The position numbers and the translations under genes are program-made. DNA of 64,000 bases from Chloroflexota bacterium. Its GTDB lineage: Bacteria; Chloroflexota; UBA11872; VXOZ01. A model generated the notes under the pieces. The model was not told the DNA's origin, did not search any database, and saw only the letters and a list, made by a program, of their open reading frames with translations. The DNA lies in the NCBI GenBank assembly GCA_963662335.2, contig CAXXVD010000005.1:224001-288000 (forward strand), given 5' to 3'. Position 1 is the stretch's first letter; each line of letters begins with the position of its first letter. This document shows positions 8,862-17,630 of the stretch, piece after piece.

Positions 8862-9662
8862 TCAATCGCCGCTGGCAGCAACGCCGCGCCAGAAGTGATT
8901 GACGGGGCTGTGCCCGTCCCCAACGGCATAGGAATGGCGCAGCGCGCCGGTGAGGTAGTCTTTGGCCTGCCCCACCGCCTCGGGCAGCGCCAGGCCCCGC
9001 GCCAGATAGGCGGCTATGGCGGCGGCCAGCGTGCAGCCGGTGCCGTGGTCGTTCCGCGTGGGCACCCGTTCGCGCGCGAACGTATGGAAGTCCGCGCCGT
9101 CGTAGAGCACGTCGCGGGCCGCGCCCGCGGCGTGGCCGCCCTTGATGAGCGCCGCGCGGCAGCCAAAGCCCACGATGTCCTGCGCCGCCTGGCGCATCGC
9201 GGTCTCCCCCTGCACCCGCCTGTCCAGTAGCCGCTCGACTTCCGGCAAGTTGGGCGTGACCACGGTGGCAAGGGGAATAAGAGTCTCCCGGTAAGCCGCC
9301 ACCGCGGTCTCGTCCACCAACGGATCGCCGCTCTTCGCGGCCAGCACCGGATCCACTACGAGCGACCGGGGCGCGTCGGCGCGCAATCGGCCGGCGACCG
9401 CCGCGATGATCTCGGCGTTAGCCAACATGCCGGTCTTGATCGCGTCCGCGCCGATGTCCGTAAGCACGGATTGAATCTGCGCCGTCACCAAGCGGGCCGG
9501 CAAGGCCAGCCAGTCCTGGACGCCCTGCGTATTCTGCGCCGTAACCGCCGTGACTACGGTACTGCCGTAGACGCCGAGCGCACAGAACGTCTTGAGGTCC
9601 GCTTGTAATCCCGCCCCGGCCCCGGAATCCGAGCCCGCAATCGTCAAGACTCGTCTCACCAT
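8862..9662 (-). CDS. thiD: Hydroxymethylpyrimidine/phosphomethylpyrimidine kinase
   Basis: LTIAGSDSGAGAGLQADLKT, KTGML, TPNLPE, KGGH, HGTGCTL. Confidence 0.96.
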   Translation of the reverse strand: MVRRVLTIAGSDSGAGAGLQADLKTFCALGVYGSTVVTAVTAQNTQGVQDWLALPARLVTAQIQSVLTDIGADAIKTGMLANAEIIAAVAGRLRADAPRSLVVDPVLAAKSGDPLVDETAVAAYRETLIPLATVVTPNLPEVERLLDRRVQGETAMRQAAQDIVGFGCRAALIKGGHAAGAARDVLYDGADFHTFARERVPTRNDHGTGCTLAAAIAAYLARGLALPEAVGQAKDYLTGALRHSYAVGDGHSPVNHFWRGVAASGD

Positions 9663-9729
9663 TGCTCTCTCCGCGCCATAGCGCAATCATGCGCAACGAC
9701 CGTACCTGCCGCGCCCGGCACCGGCGCGT

Positions 9730-10047
9730 CTACCCCGCCTCCTCGCGAAACTTCTCGATGCGGGAGAGTTGGCACGCCAGCCACACGTCCTTGGGCATGA
9801 TGGGTTGCCCGTATGCCGTGATCACAGTCTCACCGGAGTCTTCCAGGCGGTCGAGGAGACTGGTGTACTGCGACTCAAGGTAGGAAATCGTGAGTTGCGT
9901 TCGCGGCAAGGTGGAGAGTCTCGCCTGCAAGAGCACGATATTGGACTCTACCACGTCAAACGGTTCGTAGACGCGGCCAAACGCTAGCGAAGGATCGTTG
10001 ATCAGCCGCTGCGTTGTCCGCCTGGGGGAAATGCCTGACACGTCCAT
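9730..10047 (-). CDS. Hypothetical protein (~105 aa)
   Basis: Protein-like composition (MDVSGISPRRTTQRLINDPSLAFGRVYEPFDVVESN...); fills the gap between thiD and the dnaN promoter. Confidence 0.7.
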   Translation of the reverse strand: MDVSGISPRRTTQRLINDPSLAFGRVYEPFDVVESNIVLLQARLSTLPRTQLTISYLESQYTSLLDRLEDSGETVITAYGQPIMPKDVWLACQLSRIEKFREEAG

Positions 10048-10123
10048 ACTCTCGCATTCGGCAGTGCTATTCACGCCCGCTGCGCCCGCGCGCCGCGGCG
10101 TTGGCAACGCGCCACTCCGTTCG

Positions 10124-10152
10124 TTGACAGAGGCCTGTGCTCAGTATACTAT
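10124..10152 (+). promoter_or_regulatory. Sigma70-type promoter upstream of dnaN
   Basis: TTGACA-17 nt-TACTAT. Confidence 0.65.
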
Positions 10153-10237
10153 GGGTTTCACCTGCGGCCAAAGAGCCGATTGGCAGCAATTGCCGGCGGC
10201 GCGCAGGCTTTCTCACAGTGTTGCCGGAGCGTCTATC

Positions 10238-11365
10238 GTGCAAGTTTCGTGCCTACAGGAAAACCTCGCCAAGGGCCTCGCCGTCGTCGGCCGGGCCGTT
10301 GCCACGCGCAGCCCGCTGCCCGTGTTGAGCAACGTGCTGCTCGCCACCGACAACGGACGCCTGAAGCTTTCGGCCATGAACCAGGAGATTGGCATCGTCC
10401 ATTGGATTGGCTGCAAGGTCGAGGGCGAAGGCGAAGTGACCGTGCTGGCGCGGCTGCTGACCGAGTTCGTCGGCTCGCTTCCCAACGAGCGCGTAGACCT
10501 GCGCTTGGACGCCGCGGAACTCACGCTCCACCTCAACTGCGGGCGCTACCAGGCCAACGTCAAGGGCATCGCGGCCGAGGAATTTCCGCCCATTCCCCTG
10601 GGCGAAGGCGAGCCGACCCTCGTCATCGACGCCGACATCCTGCGCGAGAGCATCGAGCAGGTGGCCATGGCGGCGGCCAGCGACGATCCGCGCCAGTATC
10701 TCCAGGGCGTGGCGGTCATCATGGAGCCGGACAAAGTGGTGCTGGTGGCTTCCGACGGCTTCCGCATGGCGGTGCGCACCCTGACGGTGGAAACCGGCGT
10801 GGATGAAAAGACGGAGTTCATCGTGCCGGCCCGCGGCCTGACCGAGCTTTCGCGCATTTTGGCCGATGCCGAGCATCCGGTGGAAATCCGCCTGACCCAG
10901 AACCGCAACCAGGTCATATTCAGCGCGGGCGACATCCACCTGGTTTCGCGCCTCATCGAAGGCACGTTTCCCAATTACACGCAGATGATTCCGCCGGAGT
11001 CCCAGACGCAGATCAGAGTGCCCGCGGCCGAACTCTTGCAGTCCACGCGCATGGCCGCGTTCTTCGCCCGCGACGGCGCCAACGTAATCAAACTGGACGT
11101 CAAGCCCGGCGACGAGCAGGGCAACCTCACGATTTCGGCCACGGCCACCGAACTCGGCGACTACCGCTCCGACCTCGAGGCCCAAATAGACGGCGAAGAG
11201 ACGCTCATCGCCTTCAACGCCACCTACTTGAACGGCTGCGTTGCGGCCATCAATTCACCGGACGTGAAGATCGAACTCACCGGCTCGACCAGCCCGGGCG
11301 TGATTCGCCCCACCGACGACACCGACTACGTCCACGTGATCATGCCGATGCACACGGTACGCTAG
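10238..11365 (+). CDS. dnaN: DNA polymerase III beta sliding clamp
   Basis: GTG start after GGAG: MQVSCLQENLAKGL..., LPVLSNVLL, VASDGFRMA, SRLIEGTFPNY, HVIMPM. Confidence 0.96.
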   Translation: MQVSCLQENLAKGLAVVGRAVATRSPLPVLSNVLLATDNGRLKLSAMNQEIGIVHWIGCKVEGEGEVTVLARLLTEFVGSLPNERVDLRLDAAELTLHLNCGRYQANVKGIAAEEFPPIPLGEGEPTLVIDADILRESIEQVAMAAASDDPRQYLQGVAVIMEPDKVVLVASDGFRMAVRTLTVETGVDEKTEFIVPARGLTELSRILADAEHPVEIRLTQNRNQVIFSAGDIHLVSRLIEGTFPNYTQMIPPESQTQIRVPAAELLQSTRMAAFFARDGANVIKLDVKPGDEQGNLTISATATELGDYRSDLEAQIDGEETLIAFNATYLNGCVAAINSPDVKIELTGSTSPGVIRPTDDTDYVHVIMPMHTVR

Positions 11366-11373
11366 GCGCGGGC

Positions 11374-12303
11374 ATGAAAGTAGACCCCCAAACGCTGGCG
11401 GCGCCGGACTCCCTGCCGGCGCCGGAACGCGGCAACGTCATCCGCGCCGCGGTTTGCCAGTACGCGCCCGTATTGGGAGACTTTGCCGCCAACGTGGAGA
11501 AGAGCGCGTCGGCGATCCGCCAGGCGGCCGCGGGCGGCGCGGACCTCATCGTCCTGCCGGAGATGGCAAACAGCGGCTACGTGGTGCATTCCGGCGCCGA
11601 GGCGCGGGCGCTGGCGGAATACCCGGACGAGAGCCCGGCCGTAGCGCGCTGGCTGCAACTCGCCCAGGAGCACGAAACCTACATCGTGGCCGGCTTTGGC
11701 GAGAAGGTCAGCGACACGGCGCTCTACAACGCCGCGCTCGTCATCGGCCCGCGCGGCATCATCGGCACGTACCGCAAGACGCACCTCTTCTTCGAGGAGA
11801 AACTCTACTACCGGCCGGGCGACCTGGGCTTGCCGGTATTCGACCTGCCCTTTGGCCGCGTCGGCGTGCTGATTTGCTACGACCTGCGCTTTCCCGAGGC
11901 CAGCCGCATCCTGGCGCTGAAGGGGGCCGACGTCATTTGCGTGCCCACCAACTGGGTAAGCATGATGACGCCGGATAGACTCTATGACGCCCAGGGCTAC
12001 TGCCAGGCAAACTACGTGGCAATGGCGAACGCCGCTATGAACCAGGTCTTCATGGCCTGCGCCGACCGCACGGGCGCGGAGCGCGGCATCCAGTTCCTGG
12101 GATGCAGCGTCATCTTTGCTCCCGGCGGAGAGACGCTGGCCGGGCCGGCGAGCGGTGACGGCGACGAGGTGCTGGTGGCGGAGATGAACCTGTCTACGGC
12201 GCGCCGCGCCAAGCAGCGCAACGACCTCAACCACACCTGGCTCGACCGGCGGACGGACCTCTACGGTCCCATGCTGGGCCACGAAAGCGACCCACCCCGG
12301 TAG
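11374..12303 (+). CDS. Carbon-nitrogen hydrolase (nitrilase superfamily)
   Basis: Triad motifs VLPEM, YRKTHL, LICYDLRFPE; C-terminal DRRTDLY. Confidence 0.92.
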   Translation: MKVDPQTLAAPDSLPAPERGNVIRAAVCQYAPVLGDFAANVEKSASAIRQAAAGGADLIVLPEMANSGYVVHSGAEARALAEYPDESPAVARWLQLAQEHETYIVAGFGEKVSDTALYNAALVIGPRGIIGTYRKTHLFFEEKLYYRPGDLGLPVFDLPFGRVGVLICYDLRFPEASRILALKGADVICVPTNWVSMMTPDRLYDAQGYCQANYVAMANAAMNQVFMACADRTGAERGIQFLGCSVIFAPGGETLAGPASGDGDEVLVAEMNLSTARRAKQRNDLNHTWLDRRTDLYGPMLGHESDPPR

Positions 12304-12477
12304 CGCGGGGGCTTGTCCCCCGCCTCCTAGCCTGTGCGTACTGTGGGAACCTGCCCCGCCTCTTGGCCTGTGACGCACCGTGCGCTCTTGTCCCCCGCCT
12401 CTTGGCTCGTTACCTACCGTGCGACCCAATCCCCCGCCTCTTGGCTTGCGGACGTAGCGCGGGGGCTTGTCCCCCGC
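12300..12477. repeat. Two GTAG-REP copies bracketing degenerate ~38-bp tandem units
   Basis: GTAGCGCGGGGGCTTGTCCCCCGC at 12300 and 12454; CCCCGCCTC(T/C)T(G/A)GC recurs four times across the interval. Confidence 0.75.
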
Positions 12478-12604
12478 TCTTTGGCGCACAACGTCCCGAC
12501 CCATCTCCGGCAACGCACATCGAGCCCTGGGCATTCGTCCTGTCGCCGCAGAGACGTGTATACTCGCTCTATATCAACCCCATCGAGAAGCGAGGCACAG
12601 ACCC

Positions 12605-13504
12605 ATGAAACTCACCGCCGATACCCTGCGCGGCGTCAACGTCGCCATCGTCACGCCGTTCCTGGACAATCACGACGTAGACCTGGCCGGGGCCAAGCAA
12701 CTCACGCGCTTTCTCATCGACGCCGGCGTGCACGGCATCATGACCACCGGCGGCAACGGCGAGTTCCCGCACATGCTGCCTGACGAAAAGAAGGCCGTAA
12801 CCGCCGCGATCGTGGAAGAAGCGGCCGGGGAGATTCCCATCATTGCGGGCACCGCGGCCGCCGGCACGCGGGAGGCGGTGCTGCTCGGCCAGGACGCGCT
12901 TGAAGTCGGCGCGGACGGCCTCATCGTCACCGCGCCGCACTACTTCCAGGTCTCGGAAGACGCGCTCTTTGTCCACTATGAGGCCATCGCCACCGCGGTG
13001 GACCTGCCCCTGGTGCTCTACAATAACCCGCTCTACACCGGCAACGAGATTACGCCGGCGCTCATCGACCGCCTAGCGGCAGTGCCCAACGTGATTGGGC
13101 TGAAGCAGAGCAACGCCGACTTTGGCGTGCTGATGGAGAACATCCGCATGAACGGCGACAAGATTGCCGTTCTCACCGGCATCGACAGCCAGTTCTACGC
13201 CGCGCTCGCCTCCGGCGCGACCGGCATCTTTTCCACCGCCGCCTGCGTGATTCCACGAGAGATGGTGGCGATCTACGACCTGGCGCGGGCCGGCTCATTT
13301 GAAGAAGCGCGCCAACTGCAACTGAACCTGCAGCCGCTCAATCGCTATCTGGAGTACGACCCCGGCTACGTGGGACCGTGCAAAGCCGCCCTGCGCATGT
13401 TGGGTCTGCCCGCCGGACCGGTGCGCGGCCCGTTGCCGGAAGTCACGCCCGACGAGGAAGCCGGCGTGCGCGCGGCGCTTATCGAAATGGGGCTGCTCAA
13501 CTAG
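12605..13504 (+). CDS. Dihydrodipicolinate synthase/aldolase family protein
   Basis: AIVTPF, GGNGEF (not the canonical GTTGE), LYNNP, Schiff-base GLKQS. Confidence 0.9.
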   Translation: MKLTADTLRGVNVAIVTPFLDNHDVDLAGAKQLTRFLIDAGVHGIMTTGGNGEFPHMLPDEKKAVTAAIVEEAAGEIPIIAGTAAAGTREAVLLGQDALEVGADGLIVTAPHYFQVSEDALFVHYEAIATAVDLPLVLYNNPLYTGNEITPALIDRLAAVPNVIGLKQSNADFGVLMENIRMNGDKIAVLTGIDSQFYAALASGATGIFSTAACVIPREMVAIYDLARAGSFEEARQLQLNLQPLNRYLEYDPGYVGPCKAALRMLGLPAGPVRGPLPEVTPDEEAGVRAALIEMGLLN

Positions 13505-13515
13505 CAAACACCCGT

Positions 13516-15405
13516 TTAGATTTCCAACGCCTCCATGAGCACGCGCCCCTCGGCGTCGCGGGGTTGCGGCACGCCCAGAAGATAGGCCAGCGTCGGCGCG
13601 ATATCCACGCTCCGCGCTTGTCCCTGCAAAGCCACGCCGCTGCGCACGCCGGCGCCGCTGATGATGAACGTCGTGTGCTGGCCGCCAATGCCCAGGCTGA
13701 CCGCGGGCAGGTGCCGGCCGTGGCAGGCGTCGTATTCCGGGTGCACCGCCCACACCACGTCGCCGACCAGATCGCCCCAGAGATTGAGCATTTCCGCGTT
13801 CTCGCGGGTGACCGCCAGGGCAAACGGCTGCTTGCCGGTGTTCGTATCTACGAACGTCGTCAGGGCGTGGATGATTTGCTGCTGCACGTTCTCGAAGTCT
13901 TCCTGTTCCACGATGCCGCCGGGGTCGCGCCCCTTGAGATTGACGAAGACGTGAATCGTGCCAACCGGTATGGCCGCACTCCGGCTGAGGTCGACTTCGC
14001 CGCTGGCCGGATCGGTCACGAGCAGTCCCACCTTCTCCAGCACGTCCGCCGCTTCGATCGGCGGCGCCAGGTCCGGCGTGCCGCCGTGGTCCGACGTCAC
14101 CACCACCACCGTTTCGTCATCCTGCAATTCCAGCAGGCGGCCAACCCAGCGGTCTACCGAGGCGATGATGCGGGTCATGCCCTCATGCGAGCGCGCCACC
14201 ACGCTCTCCGGCGCGCCGCAGCGGGGATCGGTCTGCCCCATGAAGAAGTGGTTGCCGTAGTCGAGCGAGTGCACCTCCGTAAAGAGCACGTCCCAGTCCC
14301 GCGTGGCGCAGAGGTGGTGGGCCACGTCCGCCAGACAGTCGTGGTGAAAGTCCATCAACTCGAAGACCGTCTCGTCGTCCACCAGACCCAACGTGTCCCG
14401 TCCCGGATTCTGCAGGAACGGGCCGACGTGCGTATCGATCTCCGCCGCGACCTCAGCGGGATGGGTGTAGCCTTCCGTGGCCCACACCTGGGGCATGAAA
14501 AGTTCGAAGGTGTCGGCGTCGGGCGTGAGCGTTATCAGCTTGAAGCGCGCGTAGCCCGTGAGCGCGCGCCCGCCAATGCTAAACTGCTGGCGCGACCACT
14601 CGCTCCAATCGGCCACGGCCAGGTCGGCCAGCGCCTGGCTGCCGTCGCGGCCGGCGCACACCCGCACCCGGTCGTAACCCGCGTCCGTCTGCGCATAGAT
14701 GAGCCCGTAGAACGTGCGCGGCTCGGCGCCTTCCGTGCCCCAGGCGGTGAGGTCGGAGCGGCCGCGGGCAAGGGGCCGGACGACCAGTTCGACTTCCAGC
14801 GGCGGCTTGGCCGATGCGGGCGCGTGCGCCCACTGCGCAAGATCCGCCGGGCGCATTGCAACCCGGTCAACGTCTTCACCGGCCTGCAAGGTGCTGGGAT
14901 CCACCGCCGCCGCGTCCACGCCGCCGCCAATCGGACGGGGCCGCCAGTTTCCTGAGACCCAGAGGTGGTACCCGGCAATCTGATGGTGGTTCGCCACGCC
15001 CGGCCCGGTGCCTTCCACCTGCACGCCGGTGGTGACGGTCGGCGGCCACGACATCTCCCACTTCACCAAAATTGGCGTCTTGCCGGCGCGCTCCAATGTA
15101 TTCCAAAAGTACTCAGACTTGCACAATTCCGTATTGACGCCCCACTCCGTTTCCGTCAGCGGCTTGCCGCGCACACGGATGTTAAAATCCATCACTTCGT
15201 GGGTGCCGGGCCACGCGCCGGTGGCAATCGACGTCCAGCCGGGCGGCGTAAGGGTGGGAAAGACTCCCAGCATCGGCCGCCACGCGCCGGTGTCCATCAG
15301 GCGCTTGAGATGCGGCGTCGCGCCCTGCGCCGCCATGTGCCGCACGATCTCCATGCTCGCGCCGTCGATGCCGATTACGATTGCCCGTTTCGCCAACGCC
15401 GCCAT
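13516..15405 (-). CDS. Alkaline phosphatase superfamily protein (nucleotide pyrophosphatase/phosphodiesterase type)
   Basis: IGIDG, FPTLTPPGWTSIATG, DYGNH, TSDHG, VDIAPT. Confidence 0.88.
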   Translation of the reverse strand: MAALAKRAIVIGIDGASMEIVRHMAAQGATPHLKRLMDTGAWRPMLGVFPTLTPPGWTSIATGAWPGTHEVMDFNIRVRGKPLTETEWGVNTELCKSEYFWNTLERAGKTPILVKWEMSWPPTVTTGVQVEGTGPGVANHHQIAGYHLWVSGNWRPRPIGGGVDAAAVDPSTLQAGEDVDRVAMRPADLAQWAHAPASAKPPLEVELVVRPLARGRSDLTAWGTEGAEPRTFYGLIYAQTDAGYDRVRVCAGRDGSQALADLAVADWSEWSRQQFSIGGRALTGYARFKLITLTPDADTFELFMPQVWATEGYTHPAEVAAEIDTHVGPFLQNPGRDTLGLVDDETVFELMDFHHDCLADVAHHLCATRDWDVLFTEVHSLDYGNHFFMGQTDPRCGAPESVVARSHEGMTRIIASVDRWVGRLLELQDDETVVVVTSDHGGTPDLAPPIEAADVLEKVGLLVTDPASGEVDLSRSAAIPVGTIHVFVNLKGRDPGGIVEQEDFENVQQQIIHALTTFVDTNTGKQPFALAVTRENAEMLNLWGDLVGDVVWAVHPEYDACHGRHLPAVSLGIGGQHTTFIISGAGVRSGVALQGQARSVDIAPTLAYLLGVPQPRDAEGRVLMEALEI

Positions 15406-15442
15406 AGCTTGCGCTCCTCCATGCAGTTCCAATTACCGATAA

Positions 15443-15628
15443 TCACCTTGGCCATCTGCCGGCCACACAGGGGAATGAGAGTGAACCCCGCACTCTCCGT
15501 TCGTGCTGAGCCTGTCGAAGCATTAACGGAGAGAGGCGTGTGCGGAGTTGCTACCCACTTCCTCCGCCGTACGCCCTTCGACGCTGCTCAGTGCGACCGG
15601 CTCGGTTTGGCTGTTTCCAAGACAATGC
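15443..15628. repeat. ~185-bp composite element containing the CCGTTCGTGCTGAGCCTGTCGAAGCA palindrome
   Basis: Homologous over its length to 53800-53985. Confidence 0.7.
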
Positions 15629-15654
15629 CTGAGTTGGTAGATTATTCTGCCTTA

Positions 15655-15795
15655 GAGCCTATTTGAATATGCTGAATAGCGTAACTTCTAGCGCTAGAGA
15701 ATGCCGAAAATACGGTTCTACAAGCTACCTGTCGTTATCCGAGAGCTTGTCGAAGGACTGAATCTTATCACTCAAGCCACTTTTCAAATAAGCTC
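15655..15795. mobile_element. 141-bp MITE, IS5/IS1031-like ends
   Basis: TIRs GAGCCTATTTGAA (15655-15667) and TTCAAATAAGCTC (15783-15795) match 12/13; TTA flanks both sides; AT-rich interior with no ORF. Confidence 0.75.
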
Positions 15796-16893
15796 TTAGA
15801 CTATGATCTCTTCGCGCTCCACCACCCGGCCGCTCTTGCTGGAACGAATCGCGGCGGCGGTCATGGCAATGGTATTCAGGTTGTCCCGCGGCGTCACTGC
15901 GGGCTCGCGGCCCGCGGCAGTCGCGGCTATGAGGTCGCCCAGCGGCCCTTGAAACGCGTCCGGGAACCAGCGGCCTTCCAGCGGAAAGCGATGCACCCGG
16001 TCGGGCTCGTCAACGCGCGCCGCGAATACCGCGCTGCTGCCGCCCCAAACGCTCCCTTCCGTGCCGTCCAGCCACCATGTGTAGCTGTGCGCGCCCGTGG
16101 CGCGCACGATGTTGTTGAACTGCATGCTCGCCATCAGTTCCACCCGGCCGCCCACCGCGCCAAACTCGACGTTGGCGGCATACGTGAGCGGGTCCGGGCC
16201 GTTCTGGTCCGGCAGCATAGCGGTGGTGCAGTGGAGCCGCGTCCACTCGCGGGCGCCGGCATTGGGAGACGCGGCAAAGTAGCGGCAGAGATCCAGGTAG
16301 TGCACGCCGTGGTCGCCGATGTTGAAGTCGGCCAGGTTCGTCCACCACATGCCCGGCTGGTCTTGAAACGAGCGCCGCAAATGCTGGATGCCGTACACCT
16401 GCCCCACAACGCCTCGGTCCATCAGCACGCGCAAGGCCTTGTGCTCCGGCGCCCAGCGCGCCTGCTGGTTCACCGCCAGCAGAATGCCCGCCTCTTCCGC
16501 AACCGCGATCAATTCCTCAGCCAAGCCGTAGTCCATGTGCAGCGGCTTCTGGGTGAGCACCGGACGCGGCGCGTGGGCAATGGCCTGCAGCGTCTCTTTG
16601 CGGGCGGCGGGATGCAGCGCCATGTCGATGACGCGCACCTCGTCCCGCGCGAGCAAGGCGTGGATATCCGTGGTCCAGAATGGAATCCGCCAGCGTTCCG
16701 CCGTCGTCCGCGCCGCCTCTTCATCCACGTCGCAGCAGGCGACGACGTGATACCCGGCCATGCGATACGCCGGCAGGTGCGCGCCGTTGGCTATGCCGCC
16801 GCAGCCGACCAACCCGACGCCGTATTGCGCCAGATCAACGCCGGGCGGCGGCCCGGGACGGTAATCTTCCGGGTTCAGCGAGAGCGAATCCAT
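15796..16893 (-). CDS. Gfo/Idh/MocA family oxidoreductase
   Basis: VGCGGIA, QKP, VNQQARW, DHGVHYLD. Confidence 0.9.
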   Translation of the reverse strand: MDSLSLNPEDYRPGPPPGVDLAQYGVGLVGCGGIANGAHLPAYRMAGYHVVACCDVDEEAARTTAERWRIPFWTTDIHALLARDEVRVIDMALHPAARKETLQAIAHAPRPVLTQKPLHMDYGLAEELIAVAEEAGILLAVNQQARWAPEHKALRVLMDRGVVGQVYGIQHLRRSFQDQPGMWWTNLADFNIGDHGVHYLDLCRYFAASPNAGAREWTRLHCTTAMLPDQNGPDPLTYAANVEFGAVGGRVELMASMQFNNIVRATGAHSYTWWLDGTEGSVWGGSSAVFAARVDEPDRVHRFPLEGRWFPDAFQGPLGDLIAATAAGREPAVTPRDNLNTIAMTAAAIRSSKSGRVVEREEIIV

Positions 16894-16961
16894 GTGGTGT
16901 CTCCCACGCTCCTTAGCAAATCGCGCGTTGCGCGGAGGGACGTTGCGCCGTGGGCGTCCGG

Positions 16962-17534
16962 CTAGGGGTCTCGCCCCAGGCGCAACTGCTCAGACTGAGA
17001 ACGGCGGCCGGAACCGGCGCTGCCGGCGAAGTCCGCCCCGTGACGCTGATCCGGCTCATACGCCTCATACTCACGTTCGCGGTAGAGGAGCGGAACCTGG
17101 GCCGTGCCCACGCCGGCTGCCTCCACCCGGCCGATGAAGACCACGCCCGAACCGGCCTTATGCACGTCATAGACGGCGCAATCGAGCCAGCAGACGCACT
17201 CTGGAAAGATGGGCGCGCCGGTCACGGCGGTCTCGTGGGCAACGTGGCTGAATGCCGTGTCCTTGGCGCTGCCGGGGCGGGCGAAGGCCGCGCCGATTGC
17301 CTGCTGCGCCGTGCCAAGCACGTTCACGGCAAACGCCCCGGCGGCCTCTATGCGGCGGCGCGTCGCGTTGCGCTCGGTAACGCTTATCAAGATGAGCGGC
17401 GGCTCGAGGGCGATCGACGTGAATGAGCTTGCCGTCATGCCGTGCATCCCCGCCGCATCCCGCACGGTTACCACCGTGACGGGCTGCGCCACCCGGCGCA
17501 TCACGGCGCGGAATTCATCTGGCTCTAGCGGCAT
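16962..17534 (-). CDS. Flavin reductase family protein
   Basis: FRAVMRRVAQPVTVVT, GMTASSFTSIALEPP, FAVNVL, PLLY. Confidence 0.9.
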   Translation of the reverse strand: MPLEPDEFRAVMRRVAQPVTVVTVRDAAGMHGMTASSFTSIALEPPLILISVTERNATRRRIEAAGAFAVNVLGTAQQAIGAAFARPGSAKDTAFSHVAHETAVTGAPIFPECVCWLDCAVYDVHKAGSGVVFIGRVEAAGVGTAQVPLLYREREYEAYEPDQRHGADFAGSAGSGRRSQSEQLRLGRDP

Positions 17535-17630
17535 GAGGCCCTCGCGTTCTCGGCGGCAGGATGCATAGGCTTCGACCACGTAGTACGTATAGTATACCGC
17601 ACAACTAGGAATTCCGAGATGCGGAGCCGC

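Noticed and set aside
9663-9730. TPP riboswitch upstream of thiD (or thiL)
   Set aside because: No CTGAGA...ACCTGA core is visible in either leader
10048-10237. oriC next to dnaN
   Set aside because: No convincing TTATCCACA boxes or AT-rich unwinding element, and no dnaA
12300-12477. Possible CRISPR array
   Set aside because: Repeats are short and degenerate, the spacers resemble each other, the unit is REP-derived, and no cas genes are present
12605-13504. Calling this gene dapA
   Set aside because: The GTTGE motif is replaced by GGNGE and there is no lysine-pathway context
13378-14955. Long antisense or alternate-frame ORFs (also 20923-22311, 45861-47237, 55057-56292)
   Set aside because: High-GC shadow frames over well-supported genes, with no recognisable motifs
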